Source: Guillardia theta CCMP2712
Taxonomy: Eukaryota; Protista; Cryptophyta
Assembly: GCF_000315625.1 (NCBI RefSeq)
Contig: NW_005434669.1
Coordinates: 775,138 to 839,137 of the forward strand
Length of the DNA stretch: 64,000 nt
Direction: 5' to 3'
Notes under the pieces: generated by a model
What the model was told of the DNA's origin: nothing
What the model saw: the letters and a program-made list of their open reading frames with translations, nothing else
Database searches by the model: none
Shown here: positions 22,782 to 35,238 of the stretch, piece by piece
Layout of the letters: the number at the start of each line of letters is the position of its first letter
How positions within the stretch are numbered: position 1 is the first letter of the stretch
Made by a program: the position numbers and the translations under genes

Positions 22782-24119
22782 TCACGCAATTCTCCGTATT
22801 CTCTATTTCTTCTCTTTTTTTCTCGTCTTCAAGTGTGTAAAACCGCAATGCAAAGTCTTTGTGGCCCCTCAACTGTTTCAGCAAGAGATCTCACATTGTT
22901 GTTATACCATATCACTGCACCTTAGCTCGTCTTGTGTAATGTGCGTTTGCCATCAGAAGTTCCACCTGCACAAAAAGGAGAGCAGTGAGAAATGTTTTGA
23001 AGAAGATAGTCACTACCAATTCGGTCTGATTGTTCTGTTTCGCCATCTTGATCGCGTCGCTTCCATCCTCGTTGACTACCTCATACGAAGATCCGTACTC
23101 AAGGAGTTTCTTCACCACCTGTGTCTTGTTGTGACCCCTTCAGCATCAGGAGGATCAGCAAACTTGCCCTCCCCTGTCCTCGAGAGGTTGCCAGGAGGAG
23201 AGCAGAATTGCCATCCTTGTCTCGAATAGTATCATTCGCTCCATTCTCTAACAGCACGTCGACCTGCCAGGCACGATGAGGGTCGCTCCTGCTGACGTGG
23301 TCGATCTACCGAGCACTCCCTTCCCAACATAGCAGCATGATGGAGAGGGGTCTTCCCATGCGCATCCTGACTGTCAATGTCGGCGTCGTTCAGGATCAGA
23401 TGTTCCACCATGCTGTATCTGTCTCAGCATTCAGCTCGAGCCTTCGGTGGCACAGGACACAGAGACTCGTCTTTGATGGCTGCGAGATGCAGAGCCGTCC
23501 GATTTCGCACATCCCTCTGATCTACATCAACCTGCTTGCATTACAGCAGCGTCATATTGTAACTGGATCCTTACCCCGTACTGCAGGAGCAGATCGACGA
23601 TTGTTGCCTGCCCGGAAAGAGCGGCATGATGGAGCGGGATTCCTGAAGCGATCGAGATGAGAAGAGTCTCTGACTAGACAGAGAGATGAAAATGTTCCAC
23701 CCGAGCTGATAGAACCCTCGGCCTGTCCTCACCGTCAGTCCACGGTGATCAGGTGCAAGAGTCAACCAGTCCGCACGGATCGTACGCACTCTCGAGAAGG
23801 AAGGTAATGTCGTGTAGGTGCCCCTTGGAACAGGCCTGAGAGTCTTGTCAGACAATGTTTGCTTCCTTCCTCCTGCTTTTCCTCGCTCACATACCTTACA
23901 TAGCCTCCTGATCGCTTCTTCGTCCTCAGTGAGCGGTAGACCCCCCCACTCCTCCCGATCTGCCCCCGTGCTGTCCTCCCCAGACACAGCGCCTCTGCTC
24001 TTGGTGAGCATGTCCAGATCTTCGACCCGGGTCTCCTCCTCCAGCCCCCCTCGCAGCTTCATCGTCCTCCCCTTCTCCCCTTCAACCCACATCGCAATCG
24101 CCAGGATCGCTACCAGCAT
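22782..24119 (-). CDS. Ankyrin-repeat protein with N-terminal signal peptide and LRGG motif (multi-exon)
   Basis: ADIDSQDAHGKTPLHHAAMLG, DGNSALLLATSRG and VKKLLEYGSSYEVVNEDGSDAIKMA. N-terminus MLVAILAIAMWVEG...MKLRGG. Confidence 0.75.
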
Positions 24120-24233
24120 AGTTGAGCCGGGGCTCAACTAAAATGTAACGGACACAATAACGGAAGATACCCTCCTCCCCGCACTGAGCCCAGAATAGCG
24201 ATCAATGCAGAACTTCACGTGCGGTAGATGAGA

Positions 24234-27200
24234 ATGGGGAAGCGGAAGGCTGGGGGGGGAGGAGCAGGAGAAGATGAAGCGGGAGGAGGAGCGGGAGCGA
24301 GAGCAGGAGCAGAACTCGCTGCCATAAGTGCGAGCCCGGGAACGAAGGAGAGCACTCCCAAGTCAAAACCGTCTTCGAGCTCGCTGTCGTCAAAGAGAAG
24401 GCGCAAGAGTGGAGGACAAACAGCGAATGTAAGCGGCATGATGCGATTCTTGTTGCGACGAAGTTCTTGTCATGACTTCTCTCTCCCAACCTGCATGCTG
24501 TATCTCAGTACCGATCTGATCTTCACTTGTTGACAGGAGGGGTCGGAAAAGAAAATCAAGCTGAGAGCAGTTGTCCCCAAAGTCGTTCCATGGATCGACT
24601 GGGACGAATGGTTGAATGTAGCAGAGAATGTCTTCTCAGACGACAAGGAACGTGCTCGAGTTGCGGTTGAGAGGATACGGACATGGCAGAGCAGGGGAAA
24701 GGTGGGAGGGGGAGCCGCAGAGATGCAGAGGGAGCGATGATGAGATGATGCAGGTCCCACACTCAGCTGAGGCTACAGCAGCTCTGGTGGAGATCAACTG
24801 CAGCAGCGACCAACACAGTGTCTACGAACTTCGTCTGATGTGAGGGGAGGGGTGGGGGGGATGAAGGGGTGGGGGATGATTCAGGATGGACCAGGTACTC
24901 GATGAGTATCATACGGTTCGTCAACGGTATCGTCGACTCTGTTCAGCAAAGGAAGTTTGCTTCTCCCATCTCCGACCTTGCTGAACATGCGGCCGTACCG
25001 CGAATCCTTGTGGATGTGAGAAGCTTGTTCCCTGCTCCTCTTCGGACTCACCTGGCCTCAGATTCGACATGCTGCCTCGCATAACAACCTTCCCACGCTT
25101 CCAGTTCTCCGCGTCGCGACTGAGAGTGCTCTGGTATGCGACCTGATCTGTTGGGGTGATTGAAGTGACCTGATGCAACGCCAGGCTTGGCTCAGGCATC
25201 ACTACTGGGACCCACAGGCTGCGGTGCTTTCGCGGCTTGAGTTGTTGTGGCGAGATGGTGACGTTGGTGCTGTCAGACATTGAAGAACGCGAAAGACTTC
25301 CTTGAGCCGTGCATCAGGTTGATTCTGTTGCAGCTGTTGTCTGCATGGACTTGGGTGACCCGTTTGCTGTCGTTACCAACAGAGACTATGTTGGGGTCAG
25401 AAGTCGACTCATTGCGGTAGCGAGCAAGAAGGTTACAGACAAGACAGACAAGACAAAGCTTGAAACCAAGAAGCGAGAGTTAGAGGTGAAGGACAAGGTT
25501 AAATGCGAGAGAGTGGACGGTCACACGTTGCTGCAGGAGAAGTCACTCGAGCTGCTCCGTCTCATCTTGCAGTCTACTCCCATCACCGACATTCACAACT
25601 CCTTGATCCTGCATGTGGGGTTCGTACTTCCCTCTCCCTTCCTCTGACCCTCAGCAGATTTTCAAGACCTCCATCCTCATTCTGCAGGAGACTCTTGCTG
25701 ACGTCATCGACGCAAAGAGAACTCCGACGAAGAAGGTGCAAGGAATCGCCCCGCTCCCCGCACGCATCGTTTTCTTCGTATCAAAGACATCATCGTAGAA
25801 ATTACGCATGGAGGGTGGTTAGAAGATAGATCAGAATGATGTTGAAACTAAGAAGAAGATAGATCAGAATGATGTTGAAACTAAGAAGAAGGTAGAGAAA
25901 CACGAGGAGGAGCAAGAGGAGGAGCAAGGGGAGGAGCAGGCGTGAAGGGAGGAGGAGCATGGGGAGGAGGAGGAGGAGGAGGATGTAAAATGTTAAAGGG
26001 GGCAGTGAAACGAATGGCAGAATGAGTGAATAACTCCGTAGAAACAGGTTTAACAGTATATTGACATGACGAGATGGCAACGTTACTCCTCCTAGATATG
26101 GATGGTTGTTCTCACTACTAAACATGTTAGCAGGACTTTGACCGCATCACTCATTATGTTTTCGATATCTGGAAAGTTGCACTACAGGAATTCACAGGTC
26201 CCATCCTCTTTCTTCCCTTTCCCCACCTTCCCGTCCTCCTCCTGCGCATTCCTGCATTCACTGCTCACAATCTTGAAACGTTGGTATCAGATCAGTACCC
26301 TCAATTTCGGGGAATGTTCAACAGCGCCTTGCTGGACGCCCTTTCTTTGCTCTCCATCTTTGAGAAAGGTACGAGCAAGACATGGTTAGAGATGGTGATG
26401 AAGGGATGCACATAGACAAGAATGAGAGAAGGGCTGGGAGCAGACAGGGAAGAAGACGAGGAGAACGGGAAGGAGTAGCAGGAGGACGACGAGGTGGTGG
26501 TAGTGATGGTGCAGGAAGCGGAGGAAGAGGAGCAAGAGGAGAAAGAGAAGAAAGAAGGAGACACTTTATGGGCTGACGGAGAGTTTGCAGCAGAGGCAGG
26601 AGGCTCCCCCATGAAGGATCTGCTACCGCTCAAGACGGCGGAGGAAACCAGCACCTTCGGGCTTATCTTGGTCGAATGGATCTCGTCGGTCAACACGGAT
26701 GACAAGGGCAGCAACTGGAAGGACGATGATGAGGTCAAGAGGATTGTTCGATGCTGCGTTGATTCTCCTAGCGCCTGGTCGTTGAGCATGTAAGACCCTC
26801 CATGTTGTCCCTCTCTTCTTCTTCCTGGTGGTTTTTTCTCCCTCCGCTCCCATGTATCAGCTTGGAGGGGTTGACTCCTTCTCTTCTCCTGCTGGTCAGT
26901 CTGGAGAAGATTTCTGCAAGCTCAAAGGGGAGGGAAGTCGCAAGAGCTCTCGGTGAGCTGCGCCCCGGCCCATTGCGCACTCGCTGACCTCCCGCCCCTC
27001 CTGTCAGAATACCTGCGCGGGTTTCAGAGCTTCTTTGACGAGAAACCGTCAATATCGTCTGCAACTTCGGAGCTCGGGATGGAGGAAGTTTGCAAGGATC
27101 TCTCTATGTGGGAGGAGAGATCGCAGCGAAGGCATGCCCCGTCCATGAGAGGTTGGAGCGTCGTTGAAGATTGGCTGCCATGCCCTATCGGGACGGTACT

Positions 27201-27545
27201 TCCTCTTCCTCCCCTTCGCTCAGATTGCTCCTTCTTTCCAGGCCTTTCCGTTTCTCCTCTCTCTCACCTCCTCGTTTTCCTCCTCTAATCCTGGACACAT
27301 TTGTGAAGGTGTTCGGCAAGCAAGTCTCGTTGAGGCTTGGGGAGGAGGATTGCAAGGAGGAGCAGACTGAAACTGTTCTTGATACTGCGCTACCTCCGTT
27401 CCCTCGAGCTCATGAGCAGGCGATCACGTCACCAAGGGAAGAAGCGGAGGGAGGGAGGACAGAGCGTGCGTGCTCCCCTGTGGACAAGGGAGCTTGTGCT
27501 GTGTCAGACCTGATAGGTGAAGTTGGAGATGAGGAAGGGAAGTGA
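24234..27545 (+). CDS. LAS1: Las1 pre-rRNA ITS2 endoribonuclease (HEPN), multi-exon
   Basis: VVPWIDWDEW, ERIRTWQSRGKVPHSAEATAALVE, LRLMYSMSIIRFVNGIVD and ILVDIRHAASHNNLP (HEPN RxxxxH), then WLRHHYWDPQ. Confidence 0.88.
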
Positions 27546-27841
27546 CTGATGAGTCTGACATGGCAGATGAAACCTGGATCCACAAGACGTCCTCGATGAT
27601 CAAACTCCTCGTGTGAGGGCAGGAGATGCTTTCGACCACGTGATGGTGATGGCCATGATGAAGACGATGATGACGACGACTTCTAAGACAATGCCAATGA
27701 TGCCAATGATGCCGATGCCGATGATGAAATGATGATGATGATGATGATGATGGAGCAGCTAGCACAGCATCATCAAAGTCAAGTATAGGGGCCCAGAGGC
27801 ATGAATCAATCTTTCAGTTGTCAGCCTTGTTTTCCTACCCT

Positions 27842-28858
27842 CTAGTTCTGCAGCAGGAGCGAGGTCACCTCCGTCACGTCCTCTGTCTTCTCCCACAGCT
27901 TCTTCGCATCCTCCTCACTGTAGAATTTGAGCGAAGAGTAGTCCTCTAGCGTGTTGCCAATCACTACCGGCGGCCCCGCTATCATGAAAGCTGGGCCGAT
28001 GTACTTGTCGCCAGGGGCATCGAAGGCCGCACGAAGGAGGGATAGGACGCCCCTCCTCGGAGTCATTCCCAGACCAAGTCTGTTTCCTCTTACCACCATG
28101 CTCCTGAACAGATCGTCGCCGGTCGCGCGCTCCTGCAGCTCAGTCACTGTCCATCCGGGGTGGGCGGCAGTGGCTGTGACTCCGATCCTCCTGGCCTTGC
28201 GGTTCAGCTCATGCGCGAAGAGCAAGTTCGCCCTCTTGGAGGATGCGTACGCTCTGAACGCATCGTACGGTCGCTTCTCATAGTTGAGATCGTCGATGTC
28301 CAGCCCGGGGAACGAATGCACACTGCTACTGTGCATTACGACCCGCCCGACTCCTTTAGCCAGTAGCGGAAGAAGCTGGAGGGTGAGGATGAAGTGTCCG
28401 AAATGGTTGACAGCAATCTGCCCCTCCCATCCTTTGGAGTTTCGAGTCTCCACAATGGCCATAACCCCAGCATTGTTCAGGAGGTAGTCGATCCTGTTGT
28501 ACTTCTCGCTCACCCGCTTCACAAATGCATCGATGCTGTCAGGCTCCATCAGATCGAGGATCTCCACCACCACCTTTCCCTTCACACGACCAGAGGCTTT
28601 CATCTCTTTCAGCGCCTGCTCTCCCTTCTGCTTGGATCGGCAGCCCATGATCACATTGTACCCCTTCTCTCCCAGGATTGTAGCTGCTGCCAGACCCAGT
28701 CCCGCGCTGGCTCCAGTGATGACGACAACCTTGTCCTTGCCATCTCCAATCTTGTCTTCGTTCCAGGACAGGGGACCGTCTCCTCCTTCTGCCCATATAA
28801 TCCACAACCTCACAGCCACTGCCACTAGCGCTCCACCGATCACCAGCCCCCACCGCAT
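27842..28858 (-). CDS. Short-chain dehydrogenase/reductase, retinol-dehydrogenase-like, with N-terminal membrane anchor (intronless)
   Basis: VVITGASAGLG, LLNNAGVM, VNHFGHF, YASSK and AHPGW. Confidence 0.92.
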   Translation of the reverse strand: MRWGLVIGGALVAVAVRLWIIWAEGGDGPLSWNEDKIGDGKDKVVVITGASAGLGLAAATILGEKGYNVIMGCRSKQKGEQALKEMKASGRVKGKVVVEILDLMEPDSIDAFVKRVSEKYNRIDYLLNNAGVMAIVETRNSKGWEGQIAVNHFGHFILTLQLLPLLAKGVGRVVMHSSSVHSFPGLDIDDLNYEKRPYDAFRAYASSKRANLLFAHELNRKARRIGVTATAAHPGWTVTELQERATGDDLFRSMVVRGNRLGLGMTPRRGVLSLLRAAFDAPGDKYIGPAFMIAGPPVVIGNTLEDYSSLKFYSEEDAKKLWEKTEDVTEVTSLLLQN

Positions 28859-29256
28859 TGTTCCGCGCGGTAGGACGATGAGGAATGAGGGGTGGTGAAC
28901 CCCCACGGAGAAAGGAAAGCAAAGGGGTGGTGGTGGTTGGTCCAGGAGCCGGGGAGTCTGGTAGTTACAATTCCGTTACAATCCTAATTTCACTCAGTTC
29001 TGAAGTAGATAATTTGAAGTGCTGTCCTCACAAAAGACTCTTCTAGAAACGTGAGGCGAACTTGTATTTATAATGTATTTCACATCCAATTATCGTGGGG
29101 GTGCCAACATTGTCACAGGAGACACATTTTCTTCAAATTCATTGTCTAAGTTTGAAATTATATGATGTAAATATCAAATTTCGACCACACCAGCTGCACT
29201 CATGAAACAAATCTTGGGTGCTGATTTTGCCGGCTAAATGAATCGACGATGGAACA

Positions 29257-32200
29257 TGGACTGGAGCGCCGTGGAACAGCATGGAAGGGAAGGGAAAGGA
29301 ACGAGAGGGGATACACAGAACATCGCTGAAACAATGATGAGCATCAGTAAGGAAGATCTGAACCCCGCCGCTCTCTGCTGAGACAGTATCCTCTAAAGTC
29401 TCTTGGTCCACATGACCGTCAGGTTGGACAAGTCTGAACCAAGAGACTTCATCCTGATATCGTCGGATAGCTCCGATGACGAGAAACCCGCCCTCAACTT
29501 CTTACTGTATGGACTGTCAAGGAGTGAGCAGGATGCCTATTGCGAGGGCAGCTCCTCTTCCAATCTCGAGGTCCTGGGTCTCCCCGAGCCTGCCAGCCAC
29601 GACATGCTTACGACTGCACGGACGGCCTCTCTTTCAGAAGTCAGATGCGGACGCATCGCAATCTCAGATGAGTTCGATGAGAGCGGATCAGCAGCTGCTC
29701 ATGACCGTTCGCACCCTCCCCGACACGCTCCCACGGAAGCAGAAGAGGAGGAGTACCACTTCATTCAAGTGAAGCCAAGCAACAACAGCCAACGCCCGAG
29801 GACGCAGCAGGTGCGGAAGTCTAGCAGACCGAAGAAGCGGTCAGTGAGATATGCAGCGAGGGAGGAGAGCGCCGAGCCGGGCGCGGGAGGCGGAGTTGCC
29901 GCTGGCAAGAAGGAGCAGAAGAAGACAGAGGAAGCGAAATCTGCCCAGAGTCCCTCCAAGGGGCTCGCAGCCTCCCAGCTCGATCCGCCCACCTGCTCCT
30001 TCTGCAAGAAACCCTTCAAGAAGGGAGCAGGGCCGGAAGGGGGGGGGAGACTGCTGGGGCCGATCGGAGTGAAGATGGACGTGTATGTTCATGAGTATTG
30101 CGCGTTGTTCTCTCCGCAGGTTTACTTCAACCGGGAGATCACCCCTGATACAGACGTGCTGCGCAACCAGGATCTTGATGGTGAGTGAGTGCTGATGGAG
30201 AGCAATGCCTGTTGCTGCTGGCTGATCGGTTGTTCGTGCCTGGTTGTATCCCTTGAGGGTTGTGTACTACACCCCGCACACCCCTCCTTTTCCGCCATCC
30301 CAGTCTTCCCCTTGCCGTGTTCGAGCAGGTTATGACACGCCGAGCAGAGAAGTCGATTCGCTCAGAGCTCCGGAGGTCCAACGGGTTGAGATGTGCCCTC
30401 TGCAACCTATCTGGAGCCTCCATCGGCTGCTACATATGCTCGCAGAAATCTTATCACTTTCCCTGTGCGCAGGTGTTTATTCTTGCTCCGCTCCCCTTCC
30501 CCGCTCTCTTCCTTCCTTCTCTAGATCGTCTTGCTCCCTCGTCCTTCGTTTCCTTGTCGTCATCCTTCTCCTCTCCTTGCCCTTGACATCGTTTCTTATA
30601 GCGGGCTGGGCTGGTCGAGTGGCATTGGTGGGAGAATCATGGCGAGAGGATCGTGCACTGCCCTGCTCATCGAGATCCTCTTTGCGAGGTCTAGACTCCT
30701 GCTCTTCCCTTCTGCTCCACCTCCACCTCCAGCTCCTCTTGCTCTCTTTGTTTGTTCATCCTTCTCGTTGCTCTTCTTTCACCTCTTGCCGGTCCTCTCC
30801 TCGTTCTCATTCTGCTCTATCCTTGTCCTCTCCTCTTGACGTGTTCTGGTCTGCCTCAGGTGTGGTGGTCGGGCGACGACTCGTTCCCCGAGCAAGGATG
30901 GTTTCCTTGCGCGGTGGTCGACGGGCCAATCGAGGGGCATCTGACTGTCCTCTACTCCACCCCCCCTTGGGGCGAGGAGAGACTCAATATGCGTGCAGTC
31001 AGGATAAGATTTCCTGTGAGGAGGAGGGAATGAAGAGAGGAGGGGGAGGAAGGAGGAGGTGTTAAGAGTGTGAAAGGGAGGGAGCGGGGAGAAGGGATCC
31101 TTGTTAAGGAGTCTGCAGAAATTCTGATTCCTCGATTTTGTTTAGGAGAGTCCTCCTGTTGGCTGTACAAGATGGCAAGCGTTCGCGGATTTGTTTGGCG
31201 AAGAAGGGTGAGAAGAAGAGATAGGAGAGGGGGGGGAGAATGGCATGCTGCAACGTTGAGGAGAGTCCTCACGGGGAGGGCAGAGGCTGAGGATGGAGCA
31301 GGAAAGAGACGAGATTTGGGGAAGGAGAGGTCAAAGGAAAGAGGGTAGAGAGGGGACACGGAGGGTCAAGACAGAATCTTTCCAGTGACCGGGGAGGCAG
31401 GAAATACGATGCGGACAAGAACACCATGGAGAGCAAGCTGAACGACCTCTTGCCGTTGGCAATCGGGTCAAGGCTGGGGAGGAGGAATGCCAAGAGGAGC
31501 AGGACAAGAGAAGACATCTGCTTCAGAGAGTACTGCGCCTGCGAGAACGAGACCCCCAAGAGCCTGGCTAGGAAGTTTGCGGTGGACCTCAAGGAGTTGA
31601 TGGAGCTGAACGTCTCGCGATTCCCCGAGCTCGTCCCGAGCTCTCGTTTCAGGAAGAATACCATCGTCCTTATCCCCACGAGCCCCGCCATGTCGGCGCC
31701 GCTCAGCGGGGAGCTGATGGTCCAGGAGTACTTTGTGGAGGAGGATGAGACTCCGAGGTCGATCGCCAAGAGGCTCAAGGTCGACGTGAACATCGTCCTC
31801 GACTTCAACAGGAGCTTGTACCCCAGGATCACTCCCAACTTCAAGCTGCCGCGCAACTCCGTCCTCCGTGTTCCCGCCCTCTACTCCAACGATCCTCCGT
31901 CCTCCCCCCCCTCGATGGCTAGTCGCTTCTCCAAGGGTGCTGGGGGAGTGCGGTCGCACACAAGTGCCCTGCTTCACATCCTATCCAAGGATTGTTTGTA
32001 CCAGGTTAGAGAGGAGAGGATGCGTCTTTTGAACCCTCTCCTTCTCTTCCACTCCCCTCCTTCTCTCTCGCCTTGGTGCATTGTTTTCATGCATTTCGTC
32101 TCCCCCTTTTCCCGTCTCTTTCTAGTTCCCCATACTTTTTCTGATCCTGATCCTCATTCTGATCCTCGTCCTCGTCCTCATCCTCGTCCTTGTTCATGTT

Positions 32201-35190
32201 GATGTACTTTCCTCTTTCTCAGATTGCCAGCAAGCTCGGGTCGGACGAGTTTCTCTTTCGCTTCCTCCTGAGCTCCAAGCAAGTTTCAAGGGTCTTTGAT
32301 GAGATGCCATGGTGCGTGTGGAGGGATGGCAAGGGGAGAGAGCGGAGAGGGGAGGTTGTTAGTATTGAAGAAGATGTCACCTGATACATTTACGTTACTT
32401 GAGGTCGTTGAGCTGGTTCTGAGTCGAGCTATGATGAGTGAATTTATTGACCAGCATCTTGACTGTGATGACTGCAGCATTTGGAGGCATATCTTCCGGT
32501 GTAAGTTCGGCACTGAGATGGAAGATCAGATTGAGGTTGGAGTGTGTTTCAATTGTGATCATTGTTTTCATCTGCCGCGTCTTTGTCTTCTTTCTCGTCT
32601 TGATCTTCGTCATTATGATTCTATCATCGTCACTGTTCTCATCAATACCACTACTACCTCCATATTCGTTTTCATCATTAAGAGTATCACAAACATGATC
32701 TCCAACCTTGTCATCTTCATCATTTTGCTGCCGTTTACCTCATTTGTTTTCATTTCTTGCTGGTGTATTGACGTCGTTGTGGTACCTTACTAAACGCTTC
32801 TCTGCTCAGTCAGGGGATGGTTTCAAATCGACAGTATCAGCTACAAGTAACGCTGGTAGACTAGAAGAGAAATTGTTCTCTTTCAGCTCACTTGTTTCCG
32901 GCAGAAAGCGCAAACTGCTCGGACGCTTGTTCGGCGAGGTAGGATGATTGAAGTGCTTCTGCTCCTGTCACCAGCTGTGTCTCTCTTCTTCCTCCCGCCC
33001 TCAGCCTCCTCTTCTCTTTCTTTTCCTCACATCGTTCTCTGTCTTCCCTTCGCTGCATGGACCCGATGGATCTGATTTGTGTCTTTCTTCTCTGCAGAAC
33101 AAATGAGCTCGCAGAAGAAGAAGACAACGGAGGTGACGATCGTACACGATTTTCTATCTCTTTCCTGTATTCTGTATGCTGTATCCTCTATCTCTTTATC
33201 TGTCTCTGTCTCTGTCTCTGTCTCTGTCTCTATCTTTAAATTTTTCCGTCTCTCTACCTGTGTGTTTCTTTCCCCCTGCTGATGCTCCTCACGCGCTCGC
33301 AGATGATTCTGCAGCATCTAGCAACGACGACAACGTGATGATGAGTATGGCCACTTGATTTCCCGCACGTGTCAAGTTTTCTCACTGCCAAGTCAGTCGC
33401 CTCGACAGCAAACCTGATGCAGCTGTTCGACTCCTGGTTCAAGGACGACACGCTCTTCGAGCTGAGGAAACGACTTCTGCTGTCTCCTCGGCAGGAGAGT
33501 GACTCTGAGCGCAGGCTGGGCAAGGGGAAACGCTTCCAGGGAATTATCGACTCCAATGGGACTATCTTCAATATCTCCTCCTCCTTCTCCTCCTCTTGCT
33601 CCTCCGAGCATACCCAGATGTTCAGAGATGCGATGGAGTGGTACCGGCACTGCCAGGTAGTCAACTGTACTATTTTGCTCCCCTTCCACCCCTTCTCCTC
33701 CACGCTCTTGCTCCCCTTCCTGATCTTCTCTTCCACCTGATCTCCTCTTTATCATCTCTTCCACCTGATCTCTTCATCATCCCCGTTTCACTGTTGTGAT
33801 GCTTCTCCCCGCCCCTCCCTCCCTCCTGCTTCAACCTTGTGACTGGGCTACAGCAACTGACGAAGCAGAAGACACCGAGGGGGGTGAGGGGGAGAAAGGT
33901 CCATGTCATGTGTCGAGCTAAGTCTTTTGGCAGGAGGTGAATCTGAAGCAGTACATCTTCTTCAAGAACCAGAGCTTGGCAGACTGCGAGAAGTTGTTTC
34001 AGCAGCACCCTGTAGAGCAATGCATGCAGCTGATAGCAGAAAGAACGGGCGGGGAGGCTGCAGAGGAGATAGAGGAAGGCAAAGACGAAGGAGATGGAGG
34101 AGGAGGAGGAGGAGGAGGAGGAGGAGGAGGAAGAAGAGAGAGAGTAAGGGATGTGTCGGGGGTGCAGCAGCCATGTGCTTCCCTGCCGCAGACAGCAGCA
34201 AGCATACCCACCACGGATTACAAACAAGCGTACAAGTATTACAAGGAGATGAGCCTGTGGCATATCGCCGACCCGTACAAGGCGGGAGGAAGGAGGGGAA
34301 AGGAGGGAGGAAGGGAGGGAGAGACTCTAACAGGAGCCTCACTTTCTTCTTCCTATGAAAAGTTCAAGATGAAACTGCAGCATTCTTGTTGTGGTACCAT
34401 CCTCTCGAGAGATCGGCGAGAAGTCAACAAGCCTGTGTCTGAAGACTGCACGTGCATTGCAGGTGATAACATCTCCACCGTTGTCTCCTTCTTTCTTTCG
34501 TTTCTTCTTCTCTCCTCCTTTCTCTTTGTGTTTTGGCCTTGTCCCTCACCACATTACTGCTGATGGTATTCACCTCATCTCTTACACTTGTCATTTCAGG
34601 GCTTCTCAACGAGATTGGCTTCCGTCGCGGAGCTCATCTCTGGTTTATCAAATCCCGTCAGATGAATCCAGGAGCGACGAACGAGCGGTCGTCCTTCGTA
34701 GTGGGTGAGGAGTAATATCGGAGGAAGCTGCTTCTCGCTGTTGCCATTTGTTCGTATGCGTTCTCTTGACTCACCGGGATCAGGAGTTGTCACCGAGCAA
34801 AGAAGTCCAGGTCGAATCTTCTTGGGTTGCGAGCTGCAGGGCTGCGGCTTAGGTAAGTTCTCACTTCCTTAACAACCCTAGTTCGCCCCCTCCTCCCTCC
34901 TGCTCTCGTCTCCTTGTCTCCTCGTTTCGTCGCCTCCTCTCCTTGTCTTCTCCTTTCTTCTTCCCTTCTTCCCTCCCTTTTACATCCTCGACAGGTTTCG
35001 CATACCAGGGGAGCTCGGGGGACATATTCATGACAGGCAGAGAGAACAAGACCTACGGTAAGCGCTGGAACTCCGGTTCTTCCTCTTCGTCGTCATGCCT
35101 TTGCCCTTGTCATTCTTGTTCTCGCTCACCTTTTCTTCCTCCTCTCGTTCCTGTTCCTGTTCCTGTTCCTGTTCCTGTTCCTGTTCCTCA

Positions 35191-35238
<48 letters not shown>

